NCBI GenBank assembly: GCA_023436625.1
Contig: JAEZIP010000057.1
Span: 8,313 to 72,312, forward strand
Length of the DNA: 64,000 nt
From: Methanobacteriota archaeon
Lineage (GTDB): Archaea > Halobacteriota > Methanomicrobia > Methanomicrobiales > Methanoculleaceae
Direction of reading: 5' to 3'
In this document: positions 37,901-46,159 of the stretch, in pieces
Position numbering within the stretch: position 1 is the stretch's first letter
Layout of the letters: each line of letters opens with the position of its first letter
Program-made: the position numbers and the translations under genes
Notes under the pieces: generated by a model
What the model was told of the DNA's origin: nothing
What the model saw: the letters and a program-made list of their open reading frames with translations, nothing else
Database searches by the model: none

Positions 37901-38339
37901 AATAACGGGTAGTCCCGGCGAAAAAGGTGTTGCTGGTCACTCTCATAAGCATCTTTCAGATCGTGCGCTTGGGTATTTCTTACGACCCCATATTATTGGA
38001 AATGTGAGCGCGGTTACTGCAGCGTGCATGATGGTAAGGAGGGATGTCTATGAGCAAGTTGGAGGACTTGAGGAAGATCTGGTTGTTGCCTTCAATGATG
38101 TTGACTTTTGTCTAAAAATTCGTGATAGAGGGTACCTTATTGTTTATACGCCCTATGCCAAACTTTACCACTATGAGTCGTTGAGCAGAGGATACGAAGA
38201 TAATCCCGAGAAACAGGCACGGTTTTTGAAGGAAGTTCGGTATGTCCGAGAAAAATGGGGGGGCGTCATTGACACTGGAGATCCTTATTATAATCCTAAT
38301 TTGACTTTGGAAAGAGAAGATTTTTCTGCGAATATTTAA
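34920..38339 (+). CDS. multidomain protein: class I SAM methyltransferase, coiled coil, unknown middle domain, two GT2 glycosyltransferase domains
   Basis: aa 30-230 are the methyltransferase (ILEVGTSTG, FGDVLEHL). aa about 262-350 are heptad-rich with three 28-aa repeats. aa about 600-850 are GT2 domain 1 (ISIVTPVWN, DHDDEL). aa about 870-1130 are GT2 domain 2 (VSIIIPTKD, LNNDTE). Confidence 0.85.
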   Translation: MSPIYEDHRSTRYEPPVIDLENKNNSQVLLIELIGAGKNILEVGTSTGYVSRILKERGNTVTGIEIDPGAGEIAGQHCDSMFIGDIEKLDLDAYLAPSSFDVIIFGDVLEHLVSPEDVLRKVKKYLRPDGFLAISLPNVCHGDVILNLFMGDFKYTSMGLLDATHLRFFGLRNIIDLFSRCGYSITDIRTTVLPVGGTEQRVDPGLVPEDLANFVKSLPNSSVYQYVFTASPSPGPGAVEAAPAPDLEGLFRGAIEGSIQAETKPLLEELSAYEVRIASFDEQIKQLIGKSESLQKAIAERDAQVASLNEQITLSDEILRSLKKVLADRDAQIASLDEQTQQQAVQLVHLSNELASMKQSVVWQLLMKFHSGFVERILPQNTRRRKLYTLGLVGLRVLIHEGPGSLWMHGKRRLGNKFRLRLLNLKEPVLRISLEAYDGNVPLPLDNPLMGRFISPTNELHAIEVLTETYERRNADLRLSIREGSPEGRVVREALLKGSRIINNGYSWWGFKPIPDSKEKVYYFQIESTGSPSAAVWYNSTPLNEKLQLFRDGNEINGQIGFQCFTKEAIRDPYRLWILQNDPSEAQLEQMRKECVTFSYRPKISIVTPVWNTDERWLRRAIESVLEQTYDNWELCIADGGSTRESVERVLKEYAEKDSRIKVKSLDENKGISGNSNEALSLAAGDFIGLLDHDDELAPFALCEVVKLLNKKRHVSFIYSDEDKIDEKRRRNNPFFKPDWSPDTFFSHNYICHFSVIKRELVQRVGGFREGYDGSQDYDLFLRVTETLDEREIAHIPKILYHWRTIQGSAADNVEAKPYAIVAAKKALANALYRRGIKASVLDGPYLSSYRVRYEITGNPKVSIIIPTKDKVGVLQTCVNSILEMTDYENYEVVIVDNQSREPETHDYYQRIKNNPHVKVLEYDSPFNFSAINNFAVAHADGEYLVLLNNDTEIVAEEWLTAMLEHAQREEVGAVGAKLLYYNNTIQHAGVVLGITGSPGEKGVAGHSHKHLSDRALGYFLRPHIIGNVSAVTAACMMVRRDVYEQVGGLEEDLVVAFNDVDFCLKIRDRGYLIVYTPYAKLYHYESLSRGYEDNPEKQARFLKEVRYVREKWGGVIDTGDPYYNPNLTLEREDFSANI

Positions 38340-38364
38340 GTTTGATCTCATCTCCAACTATAGT

Positions 38365-39279
38365 GTGATCTTTATACAGCGGCCAGATTTTCGGCATCGG
38401 CATATATGTTCTTATATCCTAGTTGGTGAAGGTCTGGAAATTGGCGCATTGCATCAGCCATTTACGGTTCCAGCCACCTGTAAGGTAAGTTATTTGGATA
38501 TCATGCAGAAAGATGATCTTGTAACGTTATTCCCCGAGATCAATGGCTCAGACATTATCAAACCAGATTACATCGGTAACATCGCGCATAATTCAGTAGT
38601 TGAACTGACAAAGAGAAAATTCAATTTTATCATAGCGAATCATGTGCTCGAACACGTTCCGAATCCGATAAAAGCCGTTATGAACATATGGGCTGGCTTG
38701 GAAGATAACGGATATTTGGTTCTTTCAATTCCCGATAAGAATTATACTTTTGATAAAGATCGCCTCCTGACTCCATATGAACATTTACTAGCGGAATACT
38801 ACTTAGATGTGCATGAGGTTAGCGATGAGCATTATATTGAAGCTTTGCAGCATATCCACCCTCACGTTTTCGATAGTAAGGACGCATTAATTAATGCGTT
38901 GTACGCCTTCAGATTACGATCTGAGCACGCACATGTTTGGGATTCACATAGTTTCAGAGGACACTTAAGCCGAATCATTCAAGAAAATCGATTAAATGCA
39001 CTTATTCTCGTTGAATCTCCGGGAGAGTTGAATAAACTTGAATATTTCGCAGTGATCAAGAAGACAGTATCAAAAGACGATATTGATGGGGGGATGAGAA
39101 TATTATCCGCATTATATGATGATAGAAAAGATTTGAGGAAGGCTTTCCCTGATTTTAGCATGGGTAATTCAAGTTCCCTTATCAAATGGGCTTTGAATGC
39201 CGAACGGTTTGGCGATTCTGATGCATACCTGCTCAAAGGATTTAAAGAATCGTTTCTGAGTTATCTGGATGTATTATAA
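38365..39279 (+). CDS. class I SAM-dependent methyltransferase
   Basis: GLEIGALHQP and FNFIIANHVLEHVPNP motifs. GTG start. Low GC. Confidence 0.7.
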   Translation: MIFIQRPDFRHRHICSYILVGEGLEIGALHQPFTVPATCKVSYLDIMQKDDLVTLFPEINGSDIIKPDYIGNIAHNSVVELTKRKFNFIIANHVLEHVPNPIKAVMNIWAGLEDNGYLVLSIPDKNYTFDKDRLLTPYEHLLAEYYLDVHEVSDEHYIEALQHIHPHVFDSKDALINALYAFRLRSEHAHVWDSHSFRGHLSRIIQENRLNALILVESPGELNKLEYFAVIKKTVSKDDIDGGMRILSALYDDRKDLRKAFPDFSMGNSSSLIKWALNAERFGDSDAYLLKGFKESFLSYLDVL

Positions 39280-39301
39280 GTGTGTGTTCGTTCCAAAGGA
39301 G

Positions 39302-39900
39302 TCACTCCTGTATCATTAAGTTTGTCCCGAATTTCTGCGCCGGGAGAGAGCATCTCTCCTGGTGCCTCTCTCTGGAACTCCCCCGGAGTTCCTCTGGCCC
39401 GCGGAAGCGGAAAACACCCCTTTTTGGGGTTAATTTTTGCGTCTGCCTCTTGAGCTGGCCGGTTGCCATTTTGTCGGCTTCCTGCAGGCCCCGGCGGGGT
39501 CGGAACTCGTTTATCGCATAGAGGAAGAGACAGAGCACCATGATCATCGCCAGCGTCTGGATCTGGGAGGGTTTCTTGAGATAGATCCCCGCCACTCGGA
39601 ACAAGGGATCCGTGAGGAACCGGAATCCCCGTTCACTATACCCCACTCTAATATAGTTCGCCGGAAGTTCATCAGGTGAGAGTTGCAGGTCGCTTGTCAC
39701 CAGGACAAATCACCCCGGTTTCTGCCGTATTTCGGCAACGGTCTGGGGGTTGTACTCAATTATGCGAAGAGGTATGTGTGTGCTTCCGCAGGCATCACCT
39801 GATTGAGGAACTAGGTGATGGGATTCTTCATACCGCTCTCTGGTTCGGAAAGAAAAGCTATGATAAACACCTGGGAATATCCGTGGCTCTGATTCTCCTT
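39302..39900 (-). mobile_element. degraded IS1634/IS4-superfamily transposase remnant (C-terminal part)
   Basis: FVLVTSDLQLSPDEL...ERGFRFLTDPLF...YLKKPSQIQTLAMIMVLCLFLY resembles the conserved C-terminal block of IS1634-type transposases. An in-frame TGA lies at 39710-39712. The N-terminal two thirds are missing. Confidence 0.6.
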
Positions 39901-40190
39901 TCTAAAAATGGGGTTTTATCAGGGGCCTTTTTACATTCACAGACGTTTTGTTACGCTATTTGATAGGCACGTCGTTCTGTATCTTAGCAGTTGATAACTG
40001 AGGCGACATTCCCATATCGACATCGACAATGCCATAGTTATGTTTCCAGTCTGAATTAAAGAAGGAGCCCATACCCCGCAAAGGTGTTTTGGAACCACTT
40101 CTTAATTATTAACCTACGAAATAGTGAGTATGATGCTTGGGCTAGATGCGAGTGCTGTTTCAATCCTTTTCTTCAGTTAAAGATCCGTTT

Positions 40191-41120
40191 TCATCGTCGG
40201 GTTGCTGATAATGCGAATGCTGGCCCGTTGGGGTGTTGCGGCTGATCAAAACCAACTTGAATATCGGTGAATCCGAAATATTCAACGCAGGCTAAAATTT
40301 CCTCGCGAGTCATCCAATTGCTGAATACATTATTGCCGCCGCAAAAGCCAGTCCAATCGAGAGCCGTGTCATATTCGTATCTATGCAATTCATGTTTGAA
40401 ACCGCCGTACTCGGATATCGTGCAATTTCCGAATTTATTCGCAGGGATCAATGAATTCTGAGATATGATCTTCTGATCGTAGTAATGTGTCCAAATGAAC
40501 ATCTCATCTGAAACCTTAGATAACATAGCGATTAATTCGACAGGATTCCTCATATGATAGAGCACCCCAGAGGCGATTGCAACGTTAAACTTGGTATTGG
40601 TATTTCTCAAGTATTCGATAAAATCGCCACACATAAAATGCGCTCGTTTTAGCCCCAAAATCTCTTTGACAATCAAGCACCTCAGATATGCACGGGTGTT
40701 TCCTTCAATCGAAAGAATTGGCCCTGCACCTAAATGTTCGAGCATATATGTGTGTCCACCTTCCAGTGGGCCAAGCTCCAATATCGTTTTATCTTTTACC
40801 CCCCCGAATTGCTCCACGGCCCATAAGATGCGAGGATCTTCAAAAAGCTGAATAGATCCCACCTCTAGGTCTTCATATGGTGTAGGAAGTTTCGAAGTCC
40901 ATTCCCCTTTGAAAATGTCAATTGCGTTCTGAGGACGTGGGGCAGATTTTACATATTGGTTGAGGACGCAGCTACGAATTTGAGAAACATTTTGATCGAT
41001 CATATGCACAGGTTTTGCAGAGGGATTCGATTCATTTGCATAGTCGTCCGTACTGGACCCTACTGGTGAACTCGAAGTCGACCTCAACTTCGTTTTTACG
41101 GAATTCAGGAACTTTCGCAT
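40191..41120 (-). CDS. class I SAM-dependent methyltransferase
   Basis: ILELGPLEGGHT (motif I) and IASGVLYHMRNP. Low GC. Flanked by two IS remnants. Confidence 0.75.
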   Translation of the reverse strand: MRKFLNSVKTKLRSTSSSPVGSSTDDYANESNPSAKPVHMIDQNVSQIRSCVLNQYVKSAPRPQNAIDIFKGEWTSKLPTPYEDLEVGSIQLFEDPRILWAVEQFGGVKDKTILELGPLEGGHTYMLEHLGAGPILSIEGNTRAYLRCLIVKEILGLKRAHFMCGDFIEYLRNTNTKFNVAIASGVLYHMRNPVELIAMLSKVSDEMFIWTHYYDQKIISQNSLIPANKFGNCTISEYGGFKHELHRYEYDTALDWTGFCGGNNVFSNWMTREEILACVEYFGFTDIQVGFDQPQHPNGPAFALSATRR

Positions 41121-41318
41121 AAATACCCCCTAGGCAGTGTGACGAACCTTTTGTATGCATTTACCATTTTGCATCAGCTTGGATTTTCAGCAAAGGAGAA
41201 ATGAGACGTTATATCATTTCGAGTTTATCAGGGATTATTTTTTCGATTATGAGAACTGCACGGAGAACCCCATCGTCTGGTTAAAGGCCCGTGTGGTGTT
41301 GAAGAAAAGCCCAAACGA

Positions 41319-41712
41319 GTGGTGGTCAATCCGTACGAACGAGTCAATATGCGGAAGGCGCATCAGAACGGCTACAAGGATCAATCCCTCATGGAGGGTG
41401 ATATCGCTCTTCAGAAACCACAATTTCGGGAGTTCCTGTTCGAGACGCAGGTTTTCGGACGGTATACAGGTGGAGACGGGCGTTGTGAACGCGATTGCGG
41501 AGCCATACCTTCAGGGTGTCTAGGATATCGTTGCTCATCTGGGCATCGACCCACTCTCTCCGGTTCCCGGTCTCCCGGATGATCAAGGACCTCGACAATC
41601 AGGTTCAGGCATTCCTCCTGCGGCCGATTGAACATACTATCCCATACCTCTTTGTGGATGCGTCGTATTACAAGGTGCGCGATGGCGCTCGATATGTCAC
41701 ATTGGTTGCTAA
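41319..41712 (+). mobile_element. degraded IS256-family (Mutator-like) transposase remnant
   Basis: Homology is spread over three frames: NPYERVNMRKAHQNGYK, then VVNAIAEPYLQGV, then DIVAHLGIDPLS, then VSRMIKDLDNQVQAFLLRPIEHTIPYLFVDASYYKVRDG. There are at least two frameshifts and one internal deletion. The DDE core is cut off at about 41712. Confidence 0.7.
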
Positions 41713-41713
41713 G

Positions 41714-42265
41714 TTATCTTCGTTCCATTTCAATGTTTTTCCCTCTTTTTAGAACATAGGTATTAGTGAGGATGTAGGATGTGTTATCAGCATCATTCTG
41801 GGAGATCATTATCCCAATCTGATGTATTCCATCTGGTACACGTTCAAGAGGAATGTTTGAATGAAATCCCGATTCATCCAGGTCTAACTGCAGATTTGCA
41901 AAATGCTGAGTAACGTCAGGTCTCGTTTCCATCCTGGTATCAAATGTATATTCCTCAGTTTCTGTTTTTATCACGACGTAAGTACTACAATTACAGGCAT
42001 CTTTCCCCTCGATAAAACTCCACCCTCTAATCGTTATTATCTCTTTCCAATCAATTTGGTGCTTCTCAACGGTATCGAAGGCGTATATCATATTACCAGT
42101 TTCTTCTGGAATATTGATACTGCAGATCTGTGCTTCTCCATCAACTTTGAGCAAGCAACAAAAGATGTAATTGGCTGAAATTAAGTACATTAATAAGATA
42201 AACACTATCAAAACGTGTACTGAATATCGTAGATACTGCCGTTTCCGTAAATCCATGTCATTCAC
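41714..42265 (-). CDS. membrane-anchored hypothetical protein (N-terminal TM, beta-rich ectodomain)
   Basis: One TM segment (VHVLIVFILLMYLISANYIFCCLL). The C-terminal part has an IRGWSFIEG ... RPDVTQHF ... SGFHSNIPL pattern. It abuts the stop of the LtaS-like gene with no gap. Confidence 0.55.
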   Translation of the reverse strand: MNDMDLRKRQYLRYSVHVLIVFILLMYLISANYIFCCLLKVDGEAQICSINIPEETGNMIYAFDTVEKHQIDWKEIITIRGWSFIEGKDACNCSTYVVIKTETEEYTFDTRMETRPDVTQHFANLQLDLDESGFHSNIPLERVPDGIHQIGIMISQNDADNTSYILTNTYVLKRGKNIEMERR

Positions 42266-43759
42266 CTAATTAAGTCTCGCGTGATTAATATAACAATCAA
42301 TGACTAGTGGTAACACATCAGTGGGCGGTATATTATTTTCCAAGATCGTATAGTCATAGTCTGGGAGTAAAAATGCATTTAAAACCTTATATGGTTCATC
42401 TTTAGGCATATACTCCGATACACCATCATGGTGAGTCCTTAACCCGTGATCAGATTGAATAATTATTATTGGTGGCTCTGATTCCGGATATTGCTTAAGT
42501 AAAGAATCTATCGTCTCCTCTAATTTTCTCGTTGTAAATATTAATTGCTCTAAATATATTTTCTTGTTTTTATAATTCGCCCTATCATTATGGTCTATTT
42601 CATTTCCGTTCCTGTCAAAAAAAAATGGTTGATGGGGTAGCATAATATGTGCATATATTAATTTCGGTGAAGAGATATCGGACAGGTGGGTTATTTTATT
42701 AAAATCGTAAAGTCTAGAGTATCGTTCCAGATCCAGATTATCAATGATTGTAGGTTCGAAGATGAAGGAAAATGGTCTAAACATTGTCATATCAAGCAAT
42801 AGCCAATGAAACTCATCAATGGCAATACTTTCTCGAGCATCCTGCAACTTGAATGCATAGTCCGACTGTATATTAATATCAGAACTGATGGTATGGACTC
42901 CGATTGCAACTGTTGTATAACCCTTTGTTGGAAAAAATCTCATCGCTTGATTGTCGTTTATACGTGCGATCAATTCTAAACGATCATCATTATAATCCAA
43001 ATCGGTGATGGCTCTCAAATTTAAGATGCTGGGCACAACAACTATCGTACTTATGCTGTGCGTTCTGCTCTGTTCAGCGACAAAAAACCCTCTAGATTCC
43101 AAGAAGTCTTTAAACCCGCTGTTGTTATATCCCCATACCGTTTCTTGAGTCTCGAAACTGGCGTATTCATCCAGTACAATATAGTAAATATCGGGGTAAT
43201 CCGCTACTGAACCTATCGTCCCGGGAGTTGATCCGGAAGCGTTACTGCTCTGATGTATACACATCTGGCTTTTCTGTAATTCTACAGGGATGATTGGCGC
43301 AATGTTCACGACTAACAAAAACGCAACCGCTACGCATGATATCTTGAAGACGTTCTTGAAGAGTTCGGGCTTCTTTGCTATTGCAATGAAATAGCCGATG
43401 TATCCGGCGATAAAGAGGATGATCGGGAGAAAATGTCTGTGTCGTAGTTCAAGAGCACTGACGGCTGTCACCCAATCGAACATGTGTCCATATGCAAAGA
43501 AAACTACCACGAATACAGCGGAGATAATCCCCCCTTTTTGGGTATCTTTTGTGATCAGGCTGAATACTGCCCAGAGTATAAGGCTGCCCGCCCAGGCGAT
43601 GCTCAACGGAAAGATGAGTTGCGAACTGGATACGATCTGAACGTTCTGCGAATAGAGATAGATTATGGGGTAACTGGCGACCAAGATGGGGAGTATCCAG
43701 CCAATGGGAATCCTTCTCAGTGACTGTCCGAAGGCGTGAAATCTCTCTTTTATTGTCAT
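42266..43759 (-). CDS. LtaS/EptA-like membrane phosphotransferase (alkaline-phosphatase/sulfatase superfamily)
   Basis: About five N-terminal TM helices. Ectodomain carries YYIVLDEY (metal ligand), HSISTIVVVPSILN (nucleophile region) and IIIIQSDHG (D-H metal pair). Confidence 0.75.
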   Translation of the reverse strand: MTIKERFHAFGQSLRRIPIGWILPILVASYPIIYLYSQNVQIVSSSQLIFPLSIAWAGSLILWAVFSLITKDTQKGGIISAVFVVVFFAYGHMFDWVTAVSALELRHRHFLPIILFIAGYIGYFIAIAKKPELFKNVFKISCVAVAFLLVVNIAPIIPVELQKSQMCIHQSSNASGSTPGTIGSVADYPDIYYIVLDEYASFETQETVWGYNNSGFKDFLESRGFFVAEQSRTHSISTIVVVPSILNLRAITDLDYNDDRLELIARINDNQAMRFFPTKGYTTVAIGVHTISSDINIQSDYAFKLQDARESIAIDEFHWLLLDMTMFRPFSFIFEPTIIDNLDLERYSRLYDFNKITHLSDISSPKLIYAHIMLPHQPFFFDRNGNEIDHNDRANYKNKKIYLEQLIFTTRKLEETIDSLLKQYPESEPPIIIIQSDHGLRTHHDGVSEYMPKDEPYKVLNAFLLPDYDYTILENNIPPTDVLPLVIDCYINHARLN

Positions 43760-43813
43760 TGAACATGCCTCGTAAGGGAAATAGGGAGTTTTGGCTCTCT
43801 GAATCTCCTGGGA

Positions 43814-45193
43814 TTATTTAATCTTCATATGGTAGAGGACCCGCGACGAGTCCTCGATAGTTTCTTTCCTGATGATAGTGAACAGTTCCCCGAACCTCTC
43901 CTCGAACACATCTTGCGAGTAATCCACAAACACATCTTCGCGGTTCGCGAGCAACTTCCGGACCTGCGAATCCTCTTTCGGCACGAACTCGACCACAAGA
44001 TGGTCCGCGATCTCTGCGAAGAACCCGGCAATCCTTTCGAACGGGACGTTGTTGGAGATGGCGAGGTGGTGGATCAGGGCAAGCGCAAAGACCATGTCCA
44101 CGGGCCCCCGTCCGATCAACGAATCCCGTTCTGCATTCTGCCAGCCAATCCCCGGGCTCGGGTTCGTGAGATCGAGTATGAGGGGGAGAAGGTTCTGCTC
44201 ATTGTCCTTCCGGATATCGAGGGCGTTTAACTCCACACAGGCGGGGTCGATGTCGAACGCCACTGTGGGGATGCCGCGTTCGCTTGCAAGGCGGGAGAAG
44301 ACCCCGACGTTTGCTCCGAGATCCCAGACCGTTCGAGGTTGGGCCGTGTCCAGGAACTCGCCGACAAGCCTCTTCTTGTGCTCTAACCCGGCCGCTGAGT
44401 AGTTTGTCTCGGTGTAGTAGTCGACCCACTCGGTCCCGGCGGGCCGCCAGTCCAGACCCTTGACGGCGTTGGACAGACTGTCGAGCAGACCCAGCAGTGC
44501 GTTTCTGGCCAGGTTCGGGCGCTCGATGGTCTCATGGATATCCGCATACTTTGCCTGGCTCTTCGCGTGCATGTGGATGTGCATGGCGAGGCCCGGTTTG
44601 AGCCTGGTGCGCCCCGGGAGGAGAGAACTCGCGAGATCCAGGGGGGTGCCGTCGATGTAGACCCTCAGCAACTGGCCGAGCCGGATATCCCGGTGGGCCA
44701 TGAGCGCCAGCGGTGCAAGGAAGTGCTGGCAGAACTGCCGGTATGCCACCCAGGGGTCCCCTTCCCGGTAGCGTTCGAATGAGAGGGTATCGATGAAGAG
44801 CGCTCTCCCCCTGTGGAACTGGATGTTGTAAGCACTGGCGTCTTTGAGGGTCATTCCATGCTCCAGCGCTATCCGCTCGACAGTCAGGGTGACCAGTGCA
44901 GCTTCTTTGAGCTGGCCAAACGACCATTCGTAGGGATACGAGATGAAGGGAATCTCTTCGGGCTGGATGACAATGTACGCGTTTTCGGGTTGTTCTGGAG
45001 GGATATCTACCTCTGTGTGAGGAATCAGAGCCTGTCTGGAGACAAGTTTATCGTACAGGCCGGACTGCATGAGGCAGTCATAGTTCTCACGGCAGGAGTC
45101 GTTGATCTGCCGGTACAATACGCCGTCGTGCCGAAAGAGAAAGCCGCCGGGGTCTCTGAAGGAACTGGGAAGAACCCTGGGTTTAGTCTTCAT
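43814..45193 (-). CDS. SAM-dependent methyltransferase with NoeA-like N-terminal domain
   Basis: N-terminal FRDPGGFLFRHDGVLYRQI. C-terminal motif I VWDLGANVGVFS and DMVFALALIHHL. Confidence 0.75.
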   Translation of the reverse strand: MKTKPRVLPSSFRDPGGFLFRHDGVLYRQINDSCRENYDCLMQSGLYDKLVSRQALIPHTEVDIPPEQPENAYIVIQPEEIPFISYPYEWSFGQLKEAALVTLTVERIALEHGMTLKDASAYNIQFHRGRALFIDTLSFERYREGDPWVAYRQFCQHFLAPLALMAHRDIRLGQLLRVYIDGTPLDLASSLLPGRTRLKPGLAMHIHMHAKSQAKYADIHETIERPNLARNALLGLLDSLSNAVKGLDWRPAGTEWVDYYTETNYSAAGLEHKKRLVGEFLDTAQPRTVWDLGANVGVFSRLASERGIPTVAFDIDPACVELNALDIRKDNEQNLLPLILDLTNPSPGIGWQNAERDSLIGRGPVDMVFALALIHHLAISNNVPFERIAGFFAEIADHLVVEFVPKEDSQVRKLLANREDVFVDYSQDVFEERFGELFTIIRKETIEDSSRVLYHMKIK

Positions 45194-45395
45194 GGTTAGC
45201 GGATTTAGGGCTGAATCGATCCTTGAGTTTCTGCCAGTACATCTTTAATGTAAACAATGCGCCCAACCCGACTGCGACCAGTAGCTGCCAGATCATGCTT
45301 CCCACACCTGGATCCAGATATGCGGAAACCGATTGGGGAATGACGATCAGCGCAATGAGAACTAGTAAAAGGAGCTTTAACTGCAACATGATCAC
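45183..45395 (-). CDS. small two-TM membrane protein
   Basis: 70 aa with two hydrophobic helices separated by YLDPGVGS. Overlaps the downstream methyltransferase start by 11 nt, suggesting a co-transcribed pair. Confidence 0.5.
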   Translation of the reverse strand: MIMLQLKLLLLVLIALIVIPQSVSAYLDPGVGSMIWQLLVAVGLGALFTLKMYWQKLKDRFSPKSANHED

Positions 45396-45534
45396 CTGAC
45401 GACTAATTAATTAAATTGTTGACGATCCATAATATTTACCGCTTGCGAATCGGCTACTTTATGGGATGTAGTTACACAGTTAGTTCCTCTAGGATATACC
45501 CTCACTCTGGACTTTGAGCAGTCCCAAATAACAG

Positions 45535-45669
45535 TTAGTTGGACTTTACTTCGCCGATAGATATCGACCCGATCCGGCTGTACCCTCCCCTCCTTCGTTT
45601 CTGGTGGAGCTGGGATACATTTTCTGCCTCGTTATAGACTGGGATGGCTATGGAGATATCGGGCGTCAT
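45535..45669 (-). pseudogene. 5-prime fragment of a GT2 (Dol-P-hexose synthase-like) gene
   Basis: Minus-strand ATG at 45669 gives MTPDISIAIPVYNEAENVSQL. That is the GT2 N-terminal signature (compare MGVELSVVIPAYNEEESVGPL at 62375). It then degenerates and stops after 44 codons. Confidence 0.45.
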
Positions 45670-45731
45670 TATTTCAGTTCCTTTGCAGAGCCTGAGACGT
45701 ATGATGTTGACTGGTGATGTTCGGCCTCCGT

Positions 45732-45832
45732 GTGCCCGTTCCCCTCAGATACTACTCGCTCGCCCGCATCAAATCCCGGGGCGTCTCGACGTCGAGGTGG
45801 ATGCCGTCAATGACGAAGTAGCGAACGGCCCG
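45732..45832 (-). pseudogene. 3-prime remnant of a sugar nucleotidyltransferase paralog
   Basis: About 100 nt align at roughly 85 percent identity (by eye) with 63328-63429. It encodes RAVRYFVIDGIHLDVETPRDLMRASE*YLRG versus RDVRYRVIDGIHIDVGTPRDLMRANEWYLRE in the intact gene. Confidence 0.65.
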
Positions 45833-46159
45833 TGGCGGGGACTGGCCCCCGTCTCACCGGGAGGAAGATGGCCCGGCTGGCGGACGGGGGCGCGATCATG
45901 GCTACTTTCTAAAGACTTGACATCCGGCAATATTAACGATCCTCTTTCGGCCACCCGGTTTTCCCCCGCGAGCCGGAACCCCGCGATCCCCGTCGGGGCG
46001 GTTCGCCAGCAGAAAGGCTTGCTGGCAGTCTAGCGGCGGCACCTGCCTTACGATTCCGGCACGATCAGGGTCGGTTTTATGGGTTTGAAAGGGCAACCTT
46101 CCTGTATCGCCCGAAAAGAGATTGCCGCTGCAACCGCCGACCAACCGTTTGTGAGAAGC

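Noticed and set aside
45644-46033. 129-aa plus-strand ORF, and 131-aa minus-strand ORF at 45902..46297
   Set aside because: Neither has a motif. The region is better explained by gene-fragment scars plus the promoter region of the GT4 gene at 46160.
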